Assembly: GCF_023055435.1 (NCBI RefSeq)
Contig: NW_025963813.1
Span: 31,496,001 to 31,560,000, forward strand
Origin: Haliotis rufescens
Taxonomy: Eukaryota
DNA: 64,000 bases
Reading direction: 5' to 3'
Positions 37,486-50,140 of this stretch are shown here, piece after piece. A program made the position numbers and the translations under genes. The notes beneath the pieces were generated by a model, which saw nothing but the letters and a program-made list of their open reading frames with translations, was not told where the DNA came from and ran no database searches. The first letter of the stretch is position 1. Every line of letters starts with the position of its first letter.

Positions 37486-39367
37486 ATAGGATAACGAACA
37501 AACACTTTATTTTTATGCAAATTGTGTGAGTGGCGGGTGCTACCGGTCAAGCAGGACATGCTACTTTTTAGCGAACACCTGGTGTCTTCTCTTATTTTCA
37601 GTCATCAAATCACCTAATTAAATTTCTATTACTATTTTGCCTTTAACTCCCAATGGAGTTTTCTGTTTTGGCAGATAGTCGAGATTGATTTATATTAACT
37701 AACCAAGCAGTGCATTCATATGTGGCATCTTTCACACTTGAACGTGTTTAACATTCCTCTCATATTTGACAAAAATGCAAAAAGGAAAATACATAATTTA
37801 AAATGTTACGTGTTCCTTTTCATTCCGACGCCATAATTCTTACCAAAAAACGTGTAACGATGGGAAAGGGTTCAAATTTCATTTTATATCCATAATCATA
37901 AGAAATCCATTGTCAATTGTGACTATTTTATAAGCATTTGTTTATCAAATAGTGATGAAACTAGTTGTTCGAGGAAATGTGACAGTATCATGTCCCACCG
38001 GTAACGCTCATCACAAACACATGCAAGGGCAAGTCAACAGACATACGTAACTAACTATTCTGAAAGGGGAAGCCTTACACATGTCGTTGTCCATTTTGGC
38101 ATAATTCATTCCTTAATTGTTCAGTTGCAACGTTAAAACCTGATAACGATTGAACCACCACGAAATCCCCCATCTAAAACAAAGGAGTGCATGAATACAT
38201 GGAACTCTTATGTCCTTATTCCTGCATAAAATAAGATAATACCTTTGCAAGTCCCCTTGTCCTTAATCGACGTAAAGAACCCAGACTACATTGTACTTAA
38301 GCTATTGTGCAGAAAAGATTAGATAAAAGCCTTAAAGTACACTACTTTGTATTGTATAAGTACTATTTACCCGTGACGTTAAATCACTTACAGTGGGTTT
38401 GATATAATGATTATATCAACACCCCTTCTTATCGAGTTACTTCAACACTCCGTCTTTCGGGTTACAAAATATGATTTTATCATTACCTGTCGTAATCCAC
38501 TCTGTGTGGTACTGTTTGATCCCATCTTCTTTGTCACACTCCAACACCGCAGAGCTCGTTACTTTTCAGACTGGCAAATATGGATTGCCTTTCCCAAAGA
38601 TCATTTAATTACAACCTTGTTTCCATAGTTTCATCCATGGCTTACACTTCTTGTGTATCTTATAATAGACTGTATTTGATGTGTATTCATTGAGACCAGT
38701 CGGAGATCGTTGCAGTCTGGTGACCTAAGACCTTTCGTTTTGTCTTAATTTGAAATGCATAGAGAATGCTAAAAAGCGACAACTGCAGCCACACGTTGTT
38801 AGGTTCATTTATAAGCTACTATAGGGTTCCCAGCCTACGTTCACTGTTGGAGGTTTGTATGTAATATGAACACTCATTAATCACTGTTATGTCAAGGTTG
38901 ATAATATTAGCATCGTTATTGCAGAGTTAGAAGAGGATGGAGACGGACCCGACTCACTGGTTGATGACCTCACGGGACTGCACATTTTAAGAATACGGTT
39001 TTCTTTGAAATACATGCGACAAAACGATTTCCATAATCATAGGAAGTCGTATGTCTATTATTATTCTGAGCTACGTTTAGGCATTAGAATACATACACTG
39101 CAATCGGTTTTGTTCTTTGAGACTGTCGACGTTTTGGATACAATCGGAATATTTACTTCGTCTTTAAGTTAACGTCATGCAGAAAATATTACTCATGAAT
39201 AATACCCATGTTTCGAATTCCAGGTTGGCATTATTGCAATAGGCTGTAGAACCATTGCGTCAATATAATATTCTTTGTTTATGTTAACTAATTGCTTTCT
39301 GAGTATATGAATGAATGATTAACTTCTTTATTACTCTTGAAGATACGTATTTAGATTAAAACCACAA

Positions 39368-40449
39368 TAGTATACATGGAGGATTAGTATACATAGAGGA
39401 TTAGTATACATAGAGGATTACTATACATAGAGGATTAGTATACATAGAGGATTAGTATACATAGAGGATTACTATACATAGAGGATTAGTACACATAGAG
39501 GATTAGTACACACAGGGGATTAGTATACATAGATGATTAGTATACACAGAGGATTAGTATACATAGAGGATAAGTATACATAGAGGATTAGTATACATAG
39601 AGGATTAGTATACAAAGAGGATTAGTATACATAGATGATTAGTACACACAGGGGATTAGTATACATAGATGATTAGTATACATTGAGGATTAGTATACAT
39701 AGAGGATAAGTATACATAGAGGATTAGTATACATAGAGGATTAGTATACAAAGAGGATTAGTATACATAGAGGATTATTATACACAGGGGATTAGTACAC
39801 ATAGAGTATTAGTATACATAGAGGATTAGTATACATAGAGGATTATTATACACAGGGGATTAGTACACATAGAGCATTAGTATACATAGAGGATTAGTAT
39901 ACATAGAGGATTATTATACACAGGGGATTAGTACACATAGAGGATTAGTATACACAGAGGATTAGTATACACAGAGGATTAGTATACATAGATGATTATT
40001 ATACACAGGGGATTAGTATACATAGATGATTAGTATACATAGAGGATTAGTATACATAGAGGATTAGTATACATAGAGTATTAGTATACATAGAGGATTA
40101 GTATACATAGATGATTAGTATACATAGAGTATTAGTATACATAGAGGATTAGTATACATAGAGGATTAGTATACATAGAGTATTAGTATACATAGAGGAT
40201 TAGTATACATAGAGGATTAGTATACATAGAGGATTAGTATACAGAGGATTAGTATACATAGAGGATTAGTATACATAGATGATTAGTATACATAGAGGAT
40301 TAGTATACATAGAGGATTAGTATACATAGAGGATTAGTATACATAGAGTATTAGTATACATAGAGGATTAGTATACATAGATGATTAGTATACATAGAGG
40401 ATTAGTATACATAGAGGATTACTATACATAGAGGATTAGTATACATAGA
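39368..40449. repeat. 17-bp minisatellite (~63 copies)
   Basis: Unit ggattagtatacataga. Confidence 0.98.
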
Positions 40450-40454
40450 AGACT

Positions 40455-41110
40455 AACGTGAAGAGATTGAGGTGATGGAAGCAATCTGAAGCCATCTGTG
40501 TATATCTTGGTGAAGTAGGGACTGAAACCGCTGGTTCAGAGGACACGTTATTCCAGTTGTATTGTGATGAAGTGAATTCCGGATTCAGAACATACTTCAG
40601 ATTAATTGCAACTGATTGATTGAACTCATTCATTCCTGCTAAGATGTTCGGATATAGTAGCTGTGATCTCTGGTATGTGATTGAAGTTGGGAGCTTTTGT
40701 AAGTTTTCGGATCAAGTCAGTGAAGCTTGAATGTCTATATTGTCCCTTTGCATGTCATGGTTGAGTGAGTGAGTGAGTGAGTGAGTGAGTGAGTGAGTGA
40801 GTGAGTGAGTGAGTGAGTGAGTGAGTATGGTTTTACGCCGCCTTTAGCAACATGCCAGCAATATGAGGGCAAGGTAACCCCATGTGGGGAATCAAACTCG
40901 GGTCCTTGGCGTGACGGGCGAACGCTTTAACCACTGGGCTATGCCGCCACCAAGGATGATCTTGGCTGTGGTCTGATACAACATACTTGGTGGCTTGTTT
41001 GGAAATGAGTTGTGGAGCTCGTCTCTTTTTAAATCTGTGTTTCTAGCACCTTCTCAGTGTTACGATCTGCAGTTCCAAACAGAAGCATCCCATCTGCCTG
41101 TCCTCACAAA
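40455..41110 (-). pseudogene. Decayed I-group (I/Nimb/Ingi-like) LINE fragment reaching the start of RNase H
   Basis: Minus-strand CLELQIVTLRR, QDHP.HD (split by a SINE) and PYFTKIYTDGF (compare RNase H IYTDGS). Confidence 0.45.
40762..40950 (-). mobile_element. tRNA-Asp-like SINE with an expanded (CACT)n tail
   Basis: Aligns to 57442-57610. About 16 TGAG units at 40762-40826. Confidence 0.85.
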
Positions 41111-41781
41111 TATTGTTACACTCGAGCAAATGTTAAATTCTGTTTAAACGGCGTTTAGGACAATTCACAAAGTGGTTCATCGTTTGATTCCAAAACACCA
41201 GACACAAATGTTACCACTAAAATAGATGTTTGCCTGTAGACAAAAACAGGAGATGTACTTGTTCATACAAGAAATAAATATCACATACCAAACAACCCAT
41301 AAACATTTATCGAATTAATTTTTTGGAAACTAAGTCATGGCATTAGGTCTTGCCATCAGAGCCAGACGCGCTGACATTCCATTGCGGCTGGAGTATATGC
41401 AACGCAGGCAACATGTGCGATTTTATCATTGCAAAGTAGGGTCGGTTTTTTTCTCCGATAGCGTAATCTCTCCTCGACGTACCTACTTATACGAAACACA
41501 AGAAAGAAGATTGTCTGTCTCATTTCGATTTTGTTCATCGGATGAAGAGGTTTCTCATTAAATCCTCCAACATATGTTGGATTAGACGTGATAGATTAGA
41601 CGTCCTTTCTGCGTTACCTAATCACAAACACGGATCTACAGGAAGAGACTGACATCAGCTGTAAACATTGTCCTTGGTTTGTTTTGTAGGTGTTGACGAC
41701 CGAGTTCAATATTTGAGAACATGAACTGGGGACGTTGCGCCAGTGATATGCGGTGTTCCCACATGGCGGTTAACATGAGGT

Positions 41782-42060
41782 TGGGCACGGGTGGCCAAGT
41801 CGTCTAAGGCATCGCGATTCGCTGTGCAGAGTTGTGTCCCTTGGGCACGCCAGAAACCTATGATTGTGGGTTCGAATCCCGGTTCGCCCCGATAATGTTT
41901 CTAGGTTTGTCAGCACCATACCCGTGCTCTTGGGTTTCACCGAAGTGGTAAACGTCTGAGACCTGCATTACTTCGGGCTTCCCTCCCACATTAAGCTGAC
42001 ACGCCGTGATATAACTGGAATACTGTTAAAAGCGGCGTTAAACCCAACTCACTCACTCAC
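41782..42060 (+). mobile_element. Long-head (Leu/Ser-like) tRNA SINE, full length
   Basis: A box tggccaagtcgtctaaggc, B box ggttcgaatccc, tail ggaatactgttaaaagcggcgttaaac plus (CACT)n. TSD ttaacatgaggt / ttaatatgaggt. A second tail copy lies at 42140-42228. Confidence 0.92.
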
Positions 42061-42254
42061 TTAATATGAGGTACTGATTTCCGTATGTCATACAGTTATA
42101 AGTTACTGATAATTTACATTTCGTTATATTCGATCATGATTTCCTTCCACATTAAGTTGACATGCTGTGATATAACTGGAATACTGTTAAAAGCGGCGTT
42201 AAACACAACTTACTCACTCATTCACTCATTGGATCAGTAGGACCCTCCCATAAT

Positions 42255-42480
42255 ATATTGAGTCAATTTGCAGGGAATATATAACGCATGGTAAACCCAG
42301 TTATTCCTGTGATCAGGCTACTGCGCAACAAGATTCTCGTGTTATATCCAACAAGGTTCGTGATTACTCTGTTCTGGGCGGGGTAAGACATTAAATCCGT
42401 CTTGAAAACGTCTTCATAATAACCAACCGACCTTTCAGGGTTTTCTCTTGTCATGTTATCAGACTGAAGGTGCGTTTTGG
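42255..42480 (-). pseudogene. Decayed Tc1-like transposase C-terminal fragment
   Basis: LQSDN..., then GFNVLPRPEQS..EPCW, resembling QQDN...VLPWPAQSPDLNPIE..W. Confidence 0.35.
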
Positions 42481-42916
42481 TCGTTGTCTGGCCCTGGCTG
42501 CTGCTGATTAACCAGTCCAGGTTCTGTGGTTTTATGTTCAGCAAAAATCTAATTCTTGTGCGGGGTACTAGGGTACAACTGAGAAATGTACATACGAGGG
42601 GCATTTACATGGCAATCCTGTAAACTGAACAGTGTAATAATTATTCTTGAGACAGTTTTATCGAAACATTTCGAAACACAGGATTTTGGTTTCTTGGACC
42701 ATGCAATTCCTACTTTTTGTAGTTGCCCAATGCGTTTTGGGATGCCACCCCCACGCCTCCCCCCCCCCCCCCCCCCCCACCCCACCCCCACACACACCTC
42801 CAAAAGTGTAACAAAAGCTTTACTGAGGTCTTAAATGTCATAAGAAATCTCCACTTAAACCAGAGTCAATGTTACGATTTCAACTTTTCTCATAAGTATT
42901 AATTATGTTTCAACTA

Positions 42917-43091
42917 CAGTAAACCACGGTTATAACGAACTCGAAGGGACCACTAATTTTAGTTCGAAATAACCGTAGTTCATTATAAGCATATATACGA
43001 CATTTATACAACAAATGGTCGGGACTGAAAATTAAGTTCGATATATCAGTCAGTTCGTTATATGCGTTTTCGTTATAACCGTAGTTTACTG
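42917..43091. mobile_element. pogo/Tigger-like MITE (175 bp), copy 2
   Basis: Same TIRs and length as 1887-2061, with TA flanks. Confidence 0.9.
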
Positions 43092-43810
43092 TAATAATGC
43101 TACCAGGTGTTGGCGAACACCGTAGTGCTGCAGTAGTTATCGTCCAAACAGCCTTTGTCTTACTAGCCTACAATGGCCTACTTTCTTGTACAGCAACGAA
43201 TATTGACTGTCGCGTCACTCCGAGCTTCAGCTAGTACAACTGGACAAAGCCCACGCTCGCACGGATCTGCGTTACCTCATATCTTATGAACGTCAGATAA
43301 CAGAACATATTATCGCAATTGATACCAAGATTGACATCTTCCCATTCACGTTACCAATTCATCACCACAAGTGGGGGAATAATCTGTACTTCACGTATTT
43401 ATGATATTCCTGGTGTTCCTTTAGAATCATTCGTCTTGTTCGCGTGGCGCGTCCGGAATATATCACACTCATAATCATTTAGCGACGTAATATTTAGTGT
43501 CTCGAACTTCAATTACGCTGTGGGATTGCTTCCTAACCTTACGCGAAGAGAACCCAATGCTCATATTGCCACGCTTGTTGGGGTCAGATTGTCGAGACGT
43601 TTCCACTATTGAATTACCTTGATTCTCGACGTGACGAATCGCAGACCTACGGTTGCTCTGATGTTGATTTGTGACATGACGTGGACCGTTTGGCTGACCG
43701 CGAAGTGAAGTGAATACAACTATATACAGCTATGTTGCATCAGCTATAAAAAATATTTTAATGTAGTGAGCGGACCGGCTTTACGCAGCACTATTCCGGC
43801 CATGGATTTA

Positions 43811-44160
43811 GACCCGTGAAGATCCGGGGTAGAATAGGTCTTCAGCAACCATTGTTCAACGCCCCACTCAGTACTAATACAGTTGTGTGACTACGGTCTG
43901 TACATTCAGTTGTTCATTTGTATGCAAGATCAACGCTCTTGGAGTACGATAACACGCTATCTACCAGATCCGGGGTAGAATAGGTCTTCAGCAACCCGTA
44001 TTTGCCGTAAAAGGCGACTATGCTTGTCGTAAAAGGCGACTAACAGGATCGGGTGGTCAGGCTCGCTGAGTTGGTTGATGCATGTCATCGATCCCAAATG
44101 CGTGGATCGATGCTCATAATATCAATCAATGGATTGTCTGGTCCAGACTCGATTTTTTAC
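43811..44160 (+). mobile_element. Family X composite: head, inverted old fragment, then head and body
   Basis: gatccggggtagaataggtcttcagcaacc occurs at ~43821 and ~43967. Confidence 0.85.
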
Positions 44161-45454
44161 GGATCTTTGAGTTGAGTCCCAGATCTGCCCAGGTAGTATA
44201 CTGCATCATTTATATCATAGTTATAAATTGGATCTGAACGAAAATGTTAACGTCAACCTGTTGCAATTTTCCTCCCGAGCTGGCACACTGTGATTCACCA
44301 GAAACATCTTCGATCCCAAACTGACCTACCCTAACTCTTATACGGTTTCATCATTTCTGAATGCAAGGAACATTCCACACTGGGATTGAAAGGATCACGT
44401 TTTGTCTGTTCTATCTATAGGTACTGCGTCGGGCCTTTATGGTTGATTTATTCCTTGGGACTACTTTTATTATTTTCCACAGTTCTTCAGACGGGGTCAA
44501 GTTTCCTAAATCTGTCTTGATTGACTCTTATCCTCTTTATGGTATCGCGTGTCTCCAACCAAATATCATGCTTACACCTTCCTTCCAGCTCAGACTAATT
44601 AAATGCAGGGCTTGTCTTATGCCCCAGTATCCGTCAAAGTCTTAATCTAATTTAGTCCATACTAAGACCATTTGTGTTTCTGAAAAACAGCTTTGATGAG
44701 CACGGCCAGGCCTAGGCGACATTATTAATAGAGCCCGGATGAGTTCCTTATCGATTGCAGTCGCTACCTGTGCTATCGGGAACATGAAGGCTCTGTTAGG
44801 CCTAAGATATCTCCTTGACATTTCTACTTATCCTGTTAGAAGTGGTCTCAGAGATCGAGAAGGGGACACTACCCTACTGACACGGGGCTCTGGCGGATAC
44901 TGCCGCCATCAAAGGTTTCCAACAGTCAAAGGGTCATGCATTTTTGAGACAAGGCGCTATGCAATTTAACACTTGCATGACTAATGGCTTGCTGTTTGCT
45001 GGTTGTTTCTGAGCTATATGTCATCCGTCATAGTGGTTCATAATATTTAATAAAATCTAAATTATATAAATATGATTTATCGTCCAAACCTGCCACTCAC
45101 GGGAGATGTCGCTTGGGTGAGATCAATCGAATGAAAATGCATCCGAACGCTTGCAGCCCATTTTGACGTCATCGTTTGGCATGTCACAATCCGCTACTGA
45201 AGCTTGTTAGCAGTGCGTTTAAAGACACTGCTTATTACTGTTTACAAAAAGAAACAGATGGAAGAAGGATTTGGGTGATACATATAAATCTCACTCTCGT
45301 GTATTTTGATATAAAAAATATCATCAATCGACATTTCCATATAAAAAGACTCTCAGGTGAGATTCTCAATGTGATGTAATGTGATATGATGCCCTATAAA
45401 GGGATATAATATAATATAATATAATATTTTAAATATACAGTCGAATCCCAAACT

Positions 45455-45492
45455 CTGGGACCTAACAGTTCTGATGAACTGTTAGGTCCCAG
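45455..45492. repeat. Perfect 17-bp inverted repeat with 4-nt loop
   Basis: ctgggacctaacagttc-tgat-gaactgttaggtcccag. Confidence 0.95.
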
Positions 45493-45821
45493 CAAACCAC
45501 TGTTATTACTATTATAACACGTTTGTGTCGAATTCCCGGTTATATCGAACTCAATTGATGGTCTCTATTGTTACAAATGAGTTCAATTTTACCCTGAAAT
45601 GTCGAACTGAAAATCATGAACATTTTATCAAGTTCAATGTCCTAAACACAATACAAACATAAACTTAAGAATCTGACAACAACAAAGATGGGTTCTTAAA
45701 TTCATATTTTTACAAAAGTGTTCCAAGTATGCTTGGCGGGTCCTTGTATTCCCCCTGTCGCATCTGTGTATGAACATCCCCAAATCCGATCTTCTGTTGC
45801 CACCTCGGCAGTAGGTACAGG

Positions 45822-46087
45822 TGGGTTGGTTGGTTGTTTAACGCCGCACCCAGCAATATTCCAGCTGTATGACGGCGGTCTGTAAAATAATCGAGTCTGG
45901 ACCAGACAATCCAGTGATTCACATCATGTGCATCGATCCACGCAATTAGGATCGATGACAAGTATCAACCAAGTCAGCGAGCCTGACCACCCGATCCCGT
46001 TAGTCGCCTTTTACGACAAGCATAGTCGCCTTTTTCGGCAAGCATGGGTTGCTGAAGATCTATTCTACCCCGTATCATCACGGGTCC
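45822..46087 (-). mobile_element. Family X, full length
   Basis: Consensus match from tail to head. Confidence 0.92.
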
Positions 46088-47942
46088 ACAGTCACACAGC
46101 GATATACACACACACACACACACGTGGGTTTGCGTCGCTAAATAAGTGCACAATCTTAAACGCGAAGTTAAACTTCATTTCACCTCCGTTCACCTATATA
46201 CTTCTTGGGACTTGTTTGCGATTTCATCATCGATCATCGATTATCATGAATCTGTTACAAGTAGTATGTACTCTAACTGGCCACCGTCGAATGACAGAAG
46301 TACTGTTTGTACGGCGTTAGGCAGCAAACAGACACTAATATTGTTTTCCAGATATTACACGTCAAGGTGCATCGCCAGCCTTAGAATGTTTCAAGTTTCT
46401 ATTCCCTCAATGAAAATCGTTAATTGAGTCAGTCAGATCACAGCTAAAGGATACTCTTGCTTTGTCGAAAAGGACAATTTGTGCTCAGGGGATATTTGTG
46501 TTAACCGCTAACTGCGTTTAGAGGAGTGTCATTGGGGTCCCCGTGAGGATATATCAACACAGCTTACACATCTGCCGTATCAAATATTTCTATACATTCA
46601 AATTACACGATGAAAATGTGGATGATTTAAGAAACTATTGTCTTGTCAACCGTGTGATTGTGTGACCGACAAGCAGGTCCGATACTTCGCTCTTTTAAAG
46701 GAAACACACTCCTCCAAATAAACCAAGTTATAAAATATAAATTTTATCATTGTACTATCCACATTTCAAACCATACACTTGTCGTGATATTATACTAAAA
46801 TATTATACCATATATCTGTCAAAAGCTCAGATGTGGCATATCATGATCATTTTGTTTCATGTGGTACAGTTCCGTTTGATTCTTAATTTCAGCCTTGAAG
46901 GTAGAGTTTTAACAGATTTGAAGTTGATACAGAAAGTAAACTACTGTTAACATTTCTTGTTGCCTGTTTATGTGAACAAGCTTAAAGGAAATAACCGATG
47001 TTTGATGTCAGTTATCTTGGTAAATAAATAATGACTGTGTTGATAGAGGTGAAAATGTGCTATTCAATATGTGAAACATTTGTGTATTGAAATAACAATA
47101 CATGGATTACGAATAGAAGTATGTCACCCCATTGAAGTTGACAAAAACGTCCCGTGGGAAAAGCTTGAAATGGCCCACACTGATTTATCTTATAAATACA
47201 ACTGCTAGATTTAAAAAACAACAACATGCCTTAGAAAGTGAGTGATCACCTCCAGCATGTTTACATTCAGTAGACATGCTCCGCGTTATTATTTCATATT
47301 AATAACACAGTATCGATTGTCCGATAGAAAGTCGTGAATTAATATGTTCAAATCATATGCTTTTTGTGTGCAAAAAAAACAAAAATATCATCATTTCTAT
47401 CACAGGGAAGGGGTCAAGGCAGCTTCAGACAGTTTAATCAATAGGCTCTGAATCATGTAGTTTCTTTCAGTCGTATTGTTTTGAATATAGTGAGTAGTGA
47501 GTTACTTCCAATTGTATTCAAATGGTTTAATATCAGATACTTCACTTCAAATGAATGTGGTCAACAATGTGATGAACGTGTAAGACCTATCCCGTTTGGG
47601 CTTTCCTGCCACATTAAGCTGACTCACAGATCAAAACTGAAATGCTGTTTAAAGCGGCGTTAATCCAAACTCAAAAACTCTTTTACTTTGATTGCGTTCT
47701 GAAATGTACACTAAGAAATCCATCAAAGAAGGTGCTCGTTTCGAGATTCTGATTGAGGTGAATAGAATGTGACGTGCCTTTCAATGTCTCTCCCCAGGCG
47801 CTGTCTACGTGTTTCCAGGAACTAACTGCCTTCAACGAGGATAAGGAGTAACTGACATGATCATCTAGCTGCGCATCTAGGTTCGGTAAGTGTATAACAC
47901 CTCCCTGTATTTAACTACCCTTAGTGGATACAAGCACTGTGT

Positions 47943-48205
47943 ACCCGTGAAGATCCGGGTTAGAATAGATCTTCAGCAACCCATGCTTGCCGTAATAGGC
48001 GACTATGCTTGTCGTAAGAGGCGACTAACGGGATCGGGATGTCAGGTCGTCAGCTTGGTTGATGCATGTCATCGTATCCCAATTGCGCACATCGATGCTC
48101 ATGTTTTTATGCACTGGATTGTCTGGTCCTGACTCGATTATTTACAGACCGCCGTCATACAGCTGGAATATTGCTGAGTGCAGAGTTAAACAACAAAGAA
48201 CAAAT
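47943..48205 (+). mobile_element. Family X, full length with TSD
   Basis: TSD caagcactgtgt(ac) on both sides. Head acccgtgaagatccgggttagaatagatcttcagcaaccc. Confidence 0.95.
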
Positions 48206-48321
48206 ACAGCAAGCACTGTGTACACTCAAACGCTGTAATCACCATAATTGTTGTCCATTTTCGGCATTATCTACATGTAGGTATTGTTGATATGCCTCGA
48301 AACTACAGTTATCTAATTAAT

Positions 48322-48456
48322 ATATACTACTCAAAATAAGTTTAAGGTGCATGCGATTTTTCAATGTAATATAGTTGATCTGTCTGGCATGCGTGACAGA
48401 TTAACTATTTGTAATTTGAAAGAATCAGGTGATCTTTAACTTCTTGTGAGTAGAAT
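48322..48456. mobile_element. Tc1-like MITE reduced to two ~60-bp arms
   Basis: tatactactcaaaataagtttaagg... / ...ctttaacttcttgtgagtagaata are inverted arms with a ~10-bp spacer. Confidence 0.65.
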
Positions 48457-48749
48457 AGTATTACAACGAAACATTAACACGTCTCGAGTGAAATCGTCTG
48501 CGTTAACAAAATGATTAATGAAGCATGGTTTCTGAAATTTAAGGATATCATTATACGAGAACTGATGTTTGTTCATTAAATACCCTTAACATCTGAAAAG
48601 AACAATATATGAAATTGAACAATTGTCTTCTCCAAAAATATTTTAGGAGGATAATTACCATTAAAGTAACACAGAATATTACAAAAGCTATCTGTTATGC
48701 ACAGGCTAACATTATTTACCAGAAACAAGACATGAAGAAAATTTGCATC

Positions 48750-48986
48750 TGGATACCTTCCGGAAACCTTTCGGAAACCTTCCAGATACCTTCAGCAACC
48801 TTCTAATTTCTTGATATTTTCAAGATAATTTTTTTATGTGTTTCACACTTAAGTGAACAAAATGCACCCCCCAAATTTTGACATTTTTTGAGGGAAGGTT
48901 TCCGGAAGGTATCCGGGCCGGATCCAAAATGGGAAGGTATCCGGAAGGTTTCCGGAAGACGGAAACCTACACTTTTTTTGCTGTGT
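48750..48986. mobile_element. Inverted arrays of an 11-bp motif, CACTA/EnSpm-like non-autonomous element
   Basis: ccttccgga(a/t)a repeats face their complement ggaaggt(t/a)tcc. The right end ttttttgctgtg reads CACAGCAAAA on the minus strand. Confidence 0.5.
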
Positions 48987-49599
48987 GAGAAATAATTCTT
49001 TGGATATATTGACGTTGGCAACATAATGTTCTTATGGTTTGGTTTCCGGGCGAATAGGGATCCCTACTGACGAGGTGTCTAATATTTTGTGAGTTCGAGT
49101 CACAGATCCATCTTGATTATGATTATTGTTTGGTTAACACTATACCCATACCGTTCAGTTTCTGTTATCTCCTTTCGTGCATGCATGCCTGCTTGTTTTG
49201 AGTTTTCTTTCTTCCATTTCTCAATGTCGTTTTTTGTTGGTCGTAAACATTTTTGTGAGTAAATGTGTACCTTAACGTGTGGCAAATGTATGTAAAGTAC
49301 ATGTGTTCCCACCTATCAATGTTACTTATTTGCATGTCAAACCACAACTCTACCAGAAGGATTTCGTCAAAGCCAGTGTCTATTTGAGGGGTCTAGGATT
49401 AAAAGGGCTTGGTGCCCGAATTCTTGAAAGAGCAGCAGGTCCGTTTGATCCTGAACCCCTCAATTTCTAGTCAGCACTAACCATGGATGATGCGATGCTT
49501 AATTTCCTTGTCACCAATAACGCTCCCTGGTCCAGACATACCAAGGAACTGTTGCATCACCCTGAAGAAAACTAACAAAGGATGACAACCTTGTCTAAC

Positions 49600-50140
49600 A
49601 CTAATCTGGCATCAATAATTGAGGCTTGTCTTCTCGTCTATGGCACAGAACAATTACAGCTTGGCTACTTCCAAGATACCTTCCGTAACAAGAGTCCAAC
49701 AAAGCCATAACAAGGGCACTATATGCACCGTGAAAGGCCGGCGTTTAATTACAGTTGCCGTAAAGGACCCGGTAACTTGCAACTTATACAAGTCATTCTA
49801 ATGGACATAAGTACAGGCGGCTGGTAGATGTTCAAAAACCTGTTACACGGCGTTCTTCTTCGCAGACTAACGTCTTGATGTTTGATTTCTTTAAAGAAAG
49901 GAAAATGAGTTGCAAGTTGTTAGACCATGATATGTACCTTTATGTCCAGCAAACCGTCTCTTTAGAGTTACATTTACGCGAGGGTTTGAAAGCTTCTTTG
50001 TGCATGACTACAATGGGGTTTTACTTCTCAAAGACCATTTTGCCAGTATACGTGTCGTAAGATAAAGGATGGTGATAAGCTTCAGAAGACTGTCATTCAC
50101 GGCATATGTATATATCACCGCTGACCACCAATGGATACAT
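49600..50140 (+). pseudogene. Possible decayed G2E3-like HECT domain
   Basis: Ordered remnants LRLVFSSM, G.LITVAV..P...LY, DVQ, LELHLREGLK, GVLLLKDH, LSFTA and PPM across frameshifts. Confidence 0.3.

Noticed and set aside
39368-40449. Interstitial telomeric repeat
   Set aside because: The unit is 17 bp and contains no TTAGGG.
45471-45500. Hammerhead ribozyme (CTGATGA)
   Set aside because: The motif is the loop of a perfect palindrome. No stem II or correctly placed GAAA.
47943-48065. Canonical HDV-like ribozyme in family X
   Set aside because: I could not place P3/L3/P1.1 with the required spacing by hand. Kept instead as an unknown structured RNA.
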